This document shows positions 50,901 to 63,560 of a stretch of 64,000 nucleotides of DNA, one piece after another. Numbering within the stretch: the first letter of the stretch is position 1; each line of letters begins with the position of its first letter. A program made the position numbers and the translations under genes. The stretch is taken from positions 341,990 through 405,989 of the forward strand of contig RDEW01000025.1 in assembly GCA_011109175.1 (NCBI GenBank). The letters run 5' to 3'. The DNA comes from Dicyema japonicum. Taxonomy: Eukaryota > Animalia > Dicyemida. The notes below the pieces were generated by a model that was not told the origin of the DNA, did no database searches, and saw only the letters and a list, made by a program, of their open reading frames with translations.

Positions 50901-51149
50901 CAAGCCTTTTTAGCATCGTAGAAAATAAAGAGCTGTGTCTACTGTCTAATCCGAGTTAGAAGATTATTTTAAATGACTTTCCATTAAAGAAATATTTTTA
51001 AATCTTTTTGGTTTAATGTGGAGATGGAATTTAGTTGTTGATTAGGAATGAGATTAGGTATTGACTAGATAGCTATTTTTAGGAAAGGGATTTAAATTTG
51101 ACAAAGTTATGGTTAAAATTAGAATTAGACATGGTGAAGGGACAGGTTT

Positions 51150-51240
51150 CATTTTTAGGTTTAAGGATAAAAATTACGGTCTAAAGTTAGAATTTATATT
51201 TAGGTTTAGGATTTGGGATTAAGGTTAGGGTTTATGTTTT
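51150..51240. repeat. Degenerate (TTAGGG)n-like tract
   Basis: ttaggtttaaggat...ttaggtttaggatttgggattaaggttagggttt. Confidence 0.5.
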
Positions 51241-51261
51241 AGCGCTATTTATTCAATATTT

Positions 51262-51425
51262 ATTCCAATCTTTTGTCTCAACCATAACCCTTCTCATTGA
51301 TCCATTTTCTTTCTGGCTAGCATTTCTCTGAGTTCGCGCAAAAACTTAGCCGTCATTGGACCAACGTCTCCCGATGACTTACTCTTTCGCTATCCACGCA
51401 GCCGGTTTCCTCAAATAACATTTGT
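51262..51425 (-). mobile_element. CRE-like non-LTR 3' end
   Basis: Reverse-strand similarity to 24850-25022. Confidence 0.6.
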
Positions 51426-51496
51426 TTCTTTGTTCAGTTAGTAAGGAAAAGGACTACAAATATATAATAATAAAGAAAATCAATTGTAATTAATTA

Positions 51497-51990
51497 CTAT
51501 GCAAGCTGAATTCTCCTCCTCTTTGGGAATTGGCCCTTTGTATCACTCTCACTGTTCCTCTCGTATACCACTTGAGAAAGCAAATCACTACAAGACAGCT
51601 TTTCTCTTGGTTTCTCTTCGACGCTACCTCCGAGTTTAGAGCCTCTTGTAACCTCATTATAGTTATCAACTTTCAGCCCATGTCTATGCTCGATTATCAT
51701 GCTTTCTGAAGTTTTTTAATCGTCATTGATTGGATGTACGCCCATGTGGAGATATCGACGCTAATTCTTTCCATATAGGACTTGTAGTACTTTGTTACTA
51801 CTTCATCCCATGTCAAAACAATAGGAATTATTGTCACCTTGGCCTTCTGAATTTGTGCTAGTTCTCCTGCCAGAAAATCGTATTTGTGGAGTTTTTCCAC
51901 TTCAACGTGTTTTGGCAAATCTTGGGAAGTGATCTCTACTTCTATTAGTATTATGTTGTTTTTGGATTTATCGTGTACGAAAAAATCAGG
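51497..51990 (-). mobile_element. R4/Dong-clade RLE fragment, second diverged copy
   Basis: KPD.FVHDK, VEVEKLHKYDFLAGEL, IIPIVLTWDEVVTKYYK and AYIQS. Frameshifted. Confidence 0.8.
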
Positions 51991-52259
51991 TTTGAAAAAA
52001 TAATTTTTTAATATTCAAAGTTATTTTTCTCTTAGTTTTTTTAAATGTATAATAATTTTTGTATATTAATTGTATTGAATTGTTTCAGGTTGTTATAATA
52101 TCATATTTTGCACGAATAATTAAAGCCAGACACCCAATGGATTTGAAAAAATGTTATATTTACCTAAATAAAATAACTAGAGTCAGGAAAAATGTTATAT
52201 AAATGCAAAAAAATCGATGGAGTTCCACGTGCGGACGGTGACAATATTTTTAAACTAAA

Positions 52260-52620
52260 TTGGACATTAATTGCGTCACACGATCAGGACATCCAGATTG
52301 GCACTTTGAGATTGCAATAAAATATGGGTCATCTTGACGAATGGCTATTTAAGAATCACCTAACTGCTAGCACTGAGAAGTCCGTCACGACCCTATTTAA
52401 TTCAGACAAGAGACTGGGAAGACGGACGGTCGAACTGAAGGAAATCAATGAAGCTATTTCTATCAGAAAATCCCAAAGGATCCTTGGGGTGACTTCATGC
52501 ATCTCTTACGAACCCTGCATATCTTACGCATGTGGTATATGGGCCCCATTCATCTAGATCGAGGCTAGCCGAATAAGAGCCTACAAGATCACGGATTTTT
52601 GGAGAGTTCCAGCCACCAAT
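52260..52620 (+). mobile_element. Jockey/I-like RT C-terminal remnant
   Basis: LDEWLFKNHLTASTEKSVTTLF...RILGVT and ISYACGIWAP. Confidence 0.6.
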
Positions 52621-53290
52621 GCCTCTTGAAGCCTTGATATGAATGAACCATGGAACGCGCCGTTGTGAGNCTCTTACGAACCATGCATCTCTTACGCATG
52701 TGGTATATGGGCCCCATTCATCTAGATCGAGGCTAGCCGAATAAGAGCCTACAAGATCACGGATTTTTGGAGAGTTCCAGCCACCAATGCCTCTTGAAGC
52801 CTTGATATGAATGAACCATGAAGCCTTGATATGATCCAGTCACTAGACCGATACGTGCTTGTGTTGGGTCGAGGGAGGAGCATCGCGCCAAGATGAGGTC
52901 TCTGCAAGAGCCTGCTTAGACATTAATAAACATAGATTGGATTATAAATATGAGTTTCAGGGACCAATCGAATTGGGTTGTTCAATGATTGGGGATTTTA
53001 GTCATTGATGATCAGCAATGATGCCTTCTTAATGAATAATCCAGCGAANACCATGGAACGCGCCGTTGTGAGTTCGAAGATCCAGTCACTAGACAGATAC
53101 GTGCTTGTGTTGGGTCGAGGGAGGAGCATCGCGCCAAGATGAAGTCCCTGCAAGAGCCTGCTTAGACATTAATAAACCTAGATTGGATTATAAATATGAG
53201 TTTCAGGGACCAATCGAATTGGGTTGTTCAATGATTGGGGATTTTAGTCATTGATGATCAGCAATGATGCCTTCTTAATAAATAATCCAG
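52496..53290. other. Near-identical local duplications flanking single N bases (probable assembly joins)
   Basis: N at 52670 and 53049. The sequence on either side is repeated almost exactly. Confidence 0.7.
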
Positions 53291-53452
53291 CAAAAAAAGG
53301 GAGAAAAGGTGACCCTTTAGTGTGGTCTCAGCACTTTTGCTTTAAAAAACAAAATTAAAATATTTGTCACAATATAAAATAATAATAAATAATTAATTTT
53401 TTATTAAATAAAATTTAAATTCAATTTGGCTTTGTTGATTTATTTGTTGACA

Positions 53453-54868
53453 ATGGAAATTGAAGGAAAGATCGAGGGTTCTTACAAATCTTATCATTAT
53501 AGAGTGGACTGAGGAGCACTATAGAAAGCTATTTGATAGAGTGAAAGAAAACATGCCTAAAGCAAGGAAGCTATGCTACAAAGCATCACTCAACCGAATA
53601 AGCTGGGAAAACGTTTCTTTCCTTCCATTCAGCGCGAATGAATGCAAATCTCGATTTACCCGACTAATATCCCACGTCTGCCCCAAAGTAATTTTTAGGT
53701 GAGGAAATTACGCACTTTGCCCAGCATCCTTGAAGAGACTGAGACTAACCTAGGCAAGATCTGTGACAAAATTTCTAATAATGACAACCATCTAAGCGGC
53801 TATATTCTCTTCTACAAGCAGAGGTTTCCAATAATGCGGGAGAAATACCCTAAACTTTCAGTCGGGGAGTTAGGGAAGATGATTGGGAGAGCCTACAGGA
53901 AGTTAAACCCAGAAATCAAAGTTGGCTTATTATTGATGTTTTAGCGAGGATACGCGAAAAAGACGGAAAAGAAAATAGTCTTAAATGACCGCCCAAAGCT
54001 TCCACCACGTGCATGGGAAATTTTTGCGGATAGAAAGATAGCTAAAGCGATCTCTAAGAATTCGGAGGTTCAGATTCCGGTGAAATTTAGATCTCTAAGG
54101 ATGGCCTAAGAAAACGTTATATCGACAAGTTCGATGACCTTTCCTTGAAGAAAAAGTATGGATACGTTCTTAAATTCGAGGTCTTGAGAGAGAAGTACGA
54201 GGTAAGGAGTGGTCCTTTATTTAGACTGAATGTGATGAATACGAGAAGTCTCACCAGAATGTAAAAATTCGGAGACTTTTAATGAAGAACCTAAGAAGAG
54301 AACGGAGCATAATTTTTGACCACCTTAACGTCCCGAAAAGACCTCCAAAGTAATATCTATTATTATTTTTACTTATTTAAAATATTTTAAATTTTAAAAT
54401 AATTTTAAATTTTACTATTTTAATTTTGATAGTTCAATATTTTCATTATTTTACTCACAAAATGGTTCTGAGAGTATCAGCAACGCGTCCAAACTCTGGA
54501 AGGATATCCCTGTCGAAAACAAACAGAAAATGAGTGATTTACTTTTAGAGGTGATTGAAAATTATATTTTTAGCAAAAGTCGGAGTTTAGAGAGATATTT
54601 GAACGACGAATGGGAGAGCTTGACGAATTCGAAAATACTTTAGTAATGAAGTATATGCTAGGGGATGTTAGAAACGTAGTTTTTTTGTGATGAGTAGTTG
54701 AATAAGACTAAGGATGATGCTAAGAAGTCTGAGATGTTGTCTTTGTTGAGTTTCTTTGGGGAGAATAAGGAGATTATGAAGAAAAATAACGTTAATTTGA
54801 CAGACTCGGAGATAAATATTCGATTGTATGACGAATTCAAGTCCACCATAAACGGATCTTTTAAATAA
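53453..54868 (+). CDS. UBTF: UBF-like multi-HMG-box protein, paralog 1 (open frame)
   Basis: WTEEHYRKLFDRVKENMP...ISWENVSFLPFSANECKSRFTRLISHVRKLRTL matches human UBF WSQEDMLTLLECMKNNLP...[33 protein letters not shown]. Three HMG-like boxes. Eight introns, seven of 22-25 nt and one of about 83 nt. Confidence 0.85.
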
Positions 54869-55732
54869 TTTTAAATTGGATTTGTATTTAATAATTTTAT
54901 TTAAATTGCCTTCACTGAAAAATACCACAAAACAGGATTACTCATTCTCCCCCACTATATTGGAGGGTTTCCCACAACTACAGGAACTGGATCGCTTATT
55001 CAATTTCTTTGGTCTCTTGATGATTTTGCGTGTGATATTGGAAGGGTGTCTGCTATTGTGGAGTGGGAACTGGTGTTGGTTGTTAGATATTTACTAGTCG
55101 GGATATCGAGAATTACTAGTATGATTCTCCTGTTTAACTACTTATAAATTGGGTCAGGGAAGATTCGAATCCATACACGATACTTCTTTATTTCCAAAAT
55201 TGGAGAACTACTAACGAAGGGAACTACGCACTCATACATAGATGCGTCTCCTACATTCTTGGAAGTTTCTGCTTAGAAATCTTGTAACTTTAAGTTCTCT
55301 TATCTGGCGTCTCTTAAGTATAAGAAAAAGGACAAGAGGTTGCAAATCACCACCTCAGCCTTCCAGTCGTATACACAAGAAGAAAGAAATTATGTGAAGG
55401 TCCAATCAACTAGTCAGCTTGACTGATAGACAACGAATTTAGAAAGAAATAAATCGGGTCATCAGGTCATCTAACGAAATAGATGATTGTTACTGCTTCA
55501 GAGTTGACTCAGTTGCACTTTGGAAGAGTTGATTTTATAAATAATCACATTCTTACTCGTCGGATGAAAAACTTGTCCACGTGAACAAGATAAATTCACA
55601 GAATAAAAAAATTAATTTATAACAATAAAAAATAAAAACGACAAATTTAAAATTAAAAAAATAATAAAATATTCATAATTGAAATAACAAATAAGGCAAT
55701 GTGTGTTGTAGGTCATCATATTTAGAATCGAT

Positions 55733-57902
55733 ATGGAAGGCGAGGAGAATGTTACCCCAGAGAATTCAAACTCTGACGAATTTGAACGACTCACAGTAAC
55801 GTCCACATCTCAGGACACGGTAAACGCTACATCTTACTTCAGGAAATCAACCGTCAGCTGAAAATAGCTCAGCTTGAAGAGCGCCTAATAAAAAATGCAG
55901 AATCATACGCACGTGAAAATCACCTGCTTTCTGAACAAATCAAAGACTTAACAGAAAAACTGGTTCTATAATAAATTAACCCAGAATCGGGGCAATGAAG
56001 ATATCCATGAGGAACACGAAGACCTTAAGACTTCAGTACGTACTCTGACCGAGAAGCTGAAGATTACCAGAGAAGAGCTTAGTTGCTGTGAGAATGAACG
56101 GAACGAAGCGTTCAAGAATGTTGAATTGTCACAACAAGAAATAAGTAAATTATTTTTAATTCAAATTTAATAACAAATTTATTTTTGTTAATCATTTTTT
56201 TCAATTTTTATAAACGCTATTGAATAAATTTATTAAATTTATTTTTAATGAATTTCTTATTTTTTAGCTGTTCTAATAAATGACGTCAAAATTGCTAACG
56301 AAAAGTCGCAAAAACTGAAGAATGCAATTGTCAGAAAAACTAAGGAGACTATCGAAGCTAAACAACAGGTCTCTGTATTTTACACGGCAGAGCTCTGAGG
56401 CAATGCAAACCCTTTCTTCTTTAACAGAAACGGTTGAAAGACTAAAGACTGAACTGGAAGAGTCCAAATTGGAGTTCACCTCGATTATAGGCAAGCATCA
56501 GAAATCCTTTGAAATTGCCGAATCTGAGAAAATAGAGGCCCTCAAGTCTTCGCAGCATTATCAACGATTGTACGAATCTACTTTGACTGAACTGACCCGC
56601 CAGAGTAGTTACAGAGAGACCCTTCAGGCGGAATTTGAGAATTATAAGGTCTATGGTTGCTTAAATTAACAGAATCGCTCTAAATTAATCCTTGAGCAAC
56701 AACTGGCGGCGATTGTGGATGAGAAAAAGTCTGCTGAGGAAAATGAAAGAATGTAGTTTATTAATTTACATAGAAAAATGCTTGAATCTCAGGTTGATGA
56801 TCTCAGAAACACCCTTGAATGCTCTCAGTAACAGTCTCTCTTATTTAGACTCAACCTACAGACTTCCAAGAACTCATTAGCCGCTGTCTGTATGAGATTC
56901 GTCGTTCTTAAGCAGCAGGTTGGCAGCTTATTCCCGCTCTTTACCTCAGCTACTTTTGGCGGGTCTTTTAGTCAATATTTATTCTAAGGTTGGATAAATT
57001 GAATGAAAAGTTGATAAAGACCTCATCCAAGTTTAAAAGATGCTTCGACGCGTTAATGTCAGAGTATCGACTAGCTCACTCTAAGGATATGGTTTCATTA
57101 GTAATCTTATCCTAGCTTAAAATCAATGATCTGCTAGTTAAATTGGCCTTACAGGAGGAAATAAACGCGCAGATAAATGCCAGTATGAAGGAGTCTCCCA
57201 CTTACGAGCTTTCTGATTCCAAGAAAGCCAGTTTTGACACTGAAATTAGTATGATTGTTGAAACCCCAAAGAAGAGCCATGTTTATTTTATTTTATGACT
57301 GATTAGGGATCCCCAGGAACATGTGTACTAAAGGAAATAGTCTATGAGACTTCCGGTGACGAAATTATGAGAGTTTCTGGAAAGAAGAGTAAATCAGAAA
57401 TTGACAACTTGAAAGAGGTTGTTTTTTCCCGCTTTGCTCAATATTTATTTTTAAATTAATTTATTTTTAATAATTATTCCTTGAATTATGGAAATTATAT
57501 TTATTTGGATTATTTATTTAAGCTTTTGTCCGAAAGTAAACGGGATGAACTCCTCATGGCTAATCAACTCAGTCTGATGAAGGAGGAGATTAGAAGAATG
57601 GGACGAGCTATCGAAAGGAACTCAAATATCTCCAATATGGAGTACCTGAAAAATATAATTTTTAAGGTAATGCTAATTTATCATTAAGTTTGTCACATTC
57701 CCTCATGGGGATCAAAAAGCGACCCTGGTGTCAGTTATTCAGTCGATGCTGAACTTTACGGAGGAAGAGATTGCTGTGTTGGAGTCAATTGCTTCTGGTT
57801 TGGTTGGTTATTATCTGAGGTCGTTCCATCGAGGTGACTGATGGGTGGGGATCCTATTTGTATGGATTTATTGATAGTGGGATTAAGTATATTCGTCCTT
57901 AA
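55733..57902 (+). CDS. GCC2: GRIP-domain golgin, GCC185-like
   Basis: Long coiled coil with AEFENYK. C-terminal EIRRMGRAIERNSNISNMEYLKNIIFKF...LVSVIQSMLNFTEEE and GWGSYL match GCC2. The middle exons were not fully resolved. Confidence 0.85.
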
Positions 57903-60889
57903 TTATACTTTATTATTGTTGATTTTTATGACTGACATTATTAGAAGACTCTAGAATAATTATCAACTTGCATTTCCTTGTTACTCTTACCGAAAGGAGT
58001 TAACCCCCAATAGGTCGAGAAAGGAGTTATTGGTAAACGACTAAATGTAAAGTTTACATGACGAAATGTATCTAAAGAAGAGTCCTTTGGGGTGACCATG
58101 TTTGTAGAAACCTTTCCAAAGTATGTTTTTGTGAAGTGAGAAATAGCGAGTTATCCCTTATGATGTTGTAATGGTATTAGATGCCTACTAGATAGTTAGT
58201 TTACTTACTCATAGATCAAGTAATGCCATGGCTTCTTATATAGATCAAGTTATTGCATTTTGTTAATAGCGGTGACTCTATTCTGGTAATTGGTACACTT
58301 GCACTATATTTGTGGGTGTATTAGAAGCTTATGCAATGTACTTTCTCATCATTGTCGTCTCCTATTCCTAGAGACGTCGTTGGATCTGCCAAACTCACTA
58401 GACGATTAATGTCTGACTGGCACCTAAAAGGATCCTTCTCTTCCTTAATCCAGTCAAGATCCATGATAAAAGAGGCAAGGCGATGTAAGTGATAATCCAT
58501 TACACGTCTTCTTTCAATTTTTGTGGATGGGATTATAATCCCTATTGTTCAAACATGCTACACTTCATTTGCTCAGAACTACGGTTTTCTGATGTCTTCC
58601 GCATCGTGACTCCGTCATCCATCCTGATAGAACTGGACATTTCATATGATAGAAGTACATCAAAACCTAAATCTTTTGATCACTTGACCACGTGGTCAAC
58701 CAACATCAGAAAAAAAACAGCTAAAAATACAATTACTGTAGTAGAAAAAAGCGAAAACCTAAAACGATTGAAATATGTTGATTTAGCCCATAACGTTCGT
58801 TTCTCTCCACGTGGAAAAGACCGGAGACCTTGATCTTTTGTCCCAACCTTTTTCGTTCGAGTTGCAAGTCTAATTTCGGCTCGGCCCAGTGATTTCCGAA
58901 AACGCCGATGGCTGTATGAGTGTATCTCTCTCGCAGTCCATAGAGGAAATAGCCATGCAATTAGGACCTCCCTTTATGACTTCCGAATTTGTCTATTAAT
59001 AAAATTTTTATCATTGCCTAGAGATTAGCATTTTTTAGCTCAACCTTCCTAGATTCGAAAAACGATTCGGTACATCATCTTTAAAATAAAAGTCATCTTT
59101 AGTCATAATATATGCATAAACGTCATTTGCCCCATCGACCTCTTCCAACTGAAGGACTAACTTTAATTTGATACTTAGCCATCATTTCTACCAGAAAATC
59201 GCAAGCACAAGATCACAGTCCCTGTTATTCCTATGTGATGATGTGGGATACAATCCTGCTAAAAGATGGAAAAAACTGAATATAGATATCCTCGATTATA
59301 TGAAAGCAACAAAAAGCCTAGACAGCTTCACAACAACATTTAAATAAAATGAGTCAACTCTAACGAATGAACCTCTTTGAGGAACCAACCAAAAGGTAAT
59401 ATTATCTAAGCTATAAGCAAACGAGAGGTTAATGATGAATTATTAAATAAGAATTGCTACACTTACAAGCTATTAGGTCAGTGAAACCCAGTGGGTCCTC
59501 CAGTTTATTTATTCAGATACTCGGGGTCACCGAGAAGGAAGGGCAAAGTAGTCAAACTGTATGGTGTACACAGTCCTTACAATTAGCAAGGCCATCTATT
59601 GTCTCTGGTCCTCCATTATGCACACCACCATATGGAAATGTCTCCTCTTAGCGGGTTCCTCTCTTTATCACAAAAGCGGCGGAATCTGGCTCATCTACAT
59701 CTCTTTTCCGTAAGTTGAGAGTCGATCAATAGATTTGTATTGCAGAATACGAATAAACAGGTATAGTGGATTGATTCGGTGGAGCATTGGTTCCGACACT
59801 GAGAATCTTCAGAGGAATACTCCAGAGCTGGTGCTATCCATTACTATAGCGGTCTGTCCAGTCGATTACTATAGTGATAGACAACGCTATTCAATTATGT
59901 CGGCAAATAAATGTCAGCGGGAAATAATAATTAATGATATTAACTAAAATTCAATTATAATTAAAATAAAAATTTAAAAACATAGTCGACGTGGAACACC
60001 TTATGGGTTTCGGAACAATGACAAAAATGATGTATTTTATTGCCGCTTCTTTGCTTCTCCACGGCACATTTAGCATCTTCGAGTGTAAATGACCGATTAA
60101 AGCTTATAGATCGCATATACTGTAAATCTGCCAACATTGACTCAAGCAACATCCCGGCTGATGTGAGTCAAAATGTAGTAATTTGCTTAGATTTCTGCTG
60201 AGTGCATAATCGGACTCTTAATGTGCATTTATTTGGTAGCGAATTATCCAGTAAAATTCGTATCGATCAGTGCCAGTGATGAATTCTCCAATTTGTACCT
60301 TTTATGACAATATTTGTAGAACGTGGACCTCACTAGGGAATAGAAGAGCATTTAGAGTTTATTAATTTTGTGGATTGCTTTCAAATTAATTTTAAATTTT
60401 ATTTTTTTAATTTTATAACAATTTAATATTTTTAGCGCTAACATCTCTCTGGCGCTAGTTAGCAAGCTGTAGCCTCTCCGAATTAACCTCAATTTCTATA
60501 GCCAATATTGACCCTTGCGAGTGCATCGTGGTCAATGGGCATTTCCCGTTCTTCCATGCACAGGTTGGCAACATTCCCTGAAACCACCAACAGAATTTTC
60601 GGCCTAATTTAGAGTCTATGACTCTGAAGCATCTACATGAACGAAAACGTAAATTCGAGAATGCAAAATCTCACCAAGTTGCCACCTCTACGACGTTTTA
60701 ATCAAATTCCTCGAGATTATAGAAGACTTAGAAACCGTTATGTAAAGAGGTTAAAGATGCCCGTTCCCGTGGTACCGACCACCCTTTTGCCGGACTAGGA
60801 TCACTTTATTCGATGGGACAATCTTTCTTTTTTAACACAGTGATCTTGGGCAGTAATAATGTAGAAAAGTGCTAAGGTCAAGAATATTC

Positions 60890-61080
60890 TGTGAGGAAAA
60901 TAAACATAAAAATTAAAGCCAACATTAGCAAATTATACGCATATTCAATATAAGCACATGTTCGTAAAGTGTACATATCAAGTGTGCACATAACAAGACC
61001 GACATCTCTAGTGCGACTTAGAATTGGCTATAAAGGATTATGAGAGAAGTGTAGGCCATTATAGGATTATCGAGCAAACT
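60890..61080. repeat. Segment duplicated at 61998-62240
   Basis: Shared GAGGAAAATAAACATAAA..TTAAAGCCAACATTAGC...ACAAGACCGACATC...TAAAGGATTATGAGAGAAG. Confidence 0.8.
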
Positions 61081-62386
61081 AATATTTCATAGATATGACC
61101 TCAGTCAATGCTCTAAATATTGAACTGACAGTCAATTGCGAACACTACCAAATAGAGGAAACTAAAAGTATAGTTATCGCTTGCACTCCATACTATCACA
61201 GTGTCTTCAAATGGCCATTGTTCGGGTATTTAATAACTGGAAAATAATTTGTTATAATGTTCTATTATCCCTATGTGATACTTTTTTGAGTTCTTTCTTC
61301 ACGGGATCCCAAAAAGGGGTAAAATGATCTTTCGAATATCAATCCTAGAGACTGATCATCGAGTTGTAATAAATCAGGATTCTCGGCAGCTGGGTTCACC
61401 TAATCTGAATTTAGCAGCTATTAAGAATTTATATTTGCTAGAGTTTAAAAATCAGCAAAAGTGTTATCCTTCAAATAACAGATCAAATACTAGCCGGAAC
61501 ACAGATCAGTCGGCCTAGTTGCTAATAAGTTAGGAAGACCTGCCTATATCAACTGGAAGCATAGTGGCATTTTAAAGAATCGTTATCTCTCCACTATCAA
61601 CTAAAAGGGTTCACACAACCCATAGTAATGTATATTTACCTTTAATGAAGGTTCTGTATAAACTTGTGTGAAATCTGTTTACGTGTCAACGAAAATAACA
61701 TTGTCAATCGACTTTCCTACTTCCCCAAATGCATCTGAATTTTAACTTGACCTAGAGCTACATGAAAACACAGGTAAATTATATCTACAATGGTTATTCA
61801 GTAAAATGAGACAAGGAATTAAAATATTAAGTGAGTTAGTTAGTAACTACTTCTCATCTGTTTCATATATTATTCTCTCATCAGGAAATAATGGTGGAGG
61901 GAAATCGGGCCAATCATATAAATTGCTTGTTACTCCAGGATTTCCCTCGGGATCATCAAAGGCTAACATTAAGCTAAATAATACTAAAATTATATTCAGT
62001 AAGGAAAATAAACATAAAGATTAAAGCCAACATTAGCAAATTATACGCATTTTCAATATATAAGCGCATAAAAGGAATCTCATACACAAATCGGCAATTA
62101 ACAATAATTTTCTTGGGTTTTATGTTCTTAAAGTGTACACAACAGGTTTGTACTTAACAAGACCGACATCCTTAGTGTGACTTAGAATTGGTTATAAAGG
62201 ATTATGAGAGAAGCGTAGGCCATTATAGAACTATCGAGTATATTTGACTCATTAGCTGGTGATAGTAACTCGATATTCTGGTTTTCTAATGCGGATTTTC
62301 TTCCTTCATTGCTTCTATCAACATCATCATAGTCTACATTAAGCTAAGTAATACTTATTGTGGACTTGGTGATAGATAATGTCGTC

Positions 62387-62566
62387 CTCGTTCTCATGAT
62401 CATGCTAATAGACTCAGGAGACATTATTTGTCTATTAAATAATATGAAGGAACACGAGAAGTCTTTTACATCAGATCTCGTTCTCATGATCATGCTAATA
62501 GACTCAGGAGACATTATTTGTCTATTAAATAATATGAAGGAACACGAGAAGTCTTTTACATCAGAT
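62387..62566. repeat. 90-bp exact tandem duplication
   Basis: 62387-62476 equals 62477-62566. Confidence 0.9.
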
Positions 62567-62899
62567 AAGAGTATTAGATATATGGGAACATCTCCCTTAT
62601 ACTTTTCCTTGTTATCCACAGGTTCATTTCATTTGAGGGACCGGTAACATCGGGCAAAGATGAGGTCACTGTTGAAATTCGTGTCTCTAACCAAATAAAA
62701 ATTTCAAATATCACCGTGAAAGCAAGCTGGCCCAACACTTGTTTTATACGCTATATCAGTGACCCCAAATATTTGCCTCAAGCACAAAAAGGTATGTATA
62801 AGGCGTACACGAATAATATTAAATAATATTCGTACTTTTTTACGAATTATATCAGTTATACCTTTCCGCATGCAGAACACACACTTTATTTTTTAAGCA

Positions 62900-63141
62900 A
62901 AGAACAGTTATAATAACTAATCGAGTGGGGATAAAAGAATGCTCTTCACTTTTTTGTTTTGTTTTTCTGTGTGTATGTCCTTTATAGACAATCCGGTTCC
63001 GCAGTAAAGTTCACTGATGAGGGCGTCAATTAAAGCCAAAGCATAATGATGTGTGGAACTTTCAACCAAAATGTGCAGCATCGGGATTCGAACTAGCGAC
63101 CTTCAGGCCTCTTGCCCGGCAACTGTCACAGTGCGTTACAC
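62900..63141 (-). mobile_element. tRNA-headed SINE
   Basis: The minus-strand head 63141-63073 has B-box AGTTCGAATCCC and a 6/7 acceptor-like stem. The body is shared with 42540-42700 and 50770-50900. Confidence 0.55.
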
Positions 63142-63239
63142 GAATATAAACTTCAAAACTCTTTGCCAGTGAAGAATTCTCTAATTTGTGACTTTATATT
63201 GGTAGAACACGGACTTCACCTGTAAATTTTTCTATTTTA

Positions 63240-63560
63240 TTTATATAAACTTTGGAAACAGCGAGAAAGGAGGTAATCGTCCAAACTAACTAGATGATCC
63301 CGGTTCCCATTATCACTCTCGCCATGTTTTATACTTTGCTCACAAGAGACCCTACCGCTCCCCGAAGTGTCTACCTTCTGTCTACACAAGAAATCGACTG
63401 TGTACGGATATCTGAAGAACGGTCGTCCTTTGTCAGATCGTGCAATAGATGAACAGAGTGGATTCACTTGGTCTTGCACATCTGAGACATCCGTGAACAA
63501 TTTTTCATATTGACGAATCCGACACTGGGGTGACTAGAGTAGGACCTGATCCACTACGTA
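63240..63560 (-). mobile_element. Jockey/I-like LINE 3' end
   Basis: GGGAACCGGGATCATCTAGTTAG matches the family 3' signature. Ends in an A-rich tail. Confidence 0.5.

Noticed and set aside
52496-53290. Recent tandem amplification of a novel repeat
   Set aside because: Duplications are centred on single N bases, which is typical of overlapping contig ends in scaffolding.
59960-60870. Penelope GIY-YIG or Gypsy RT/RNase H remnants
   Set aside because: Only vague motif resemblance across broken frames. Not supportable without a search.
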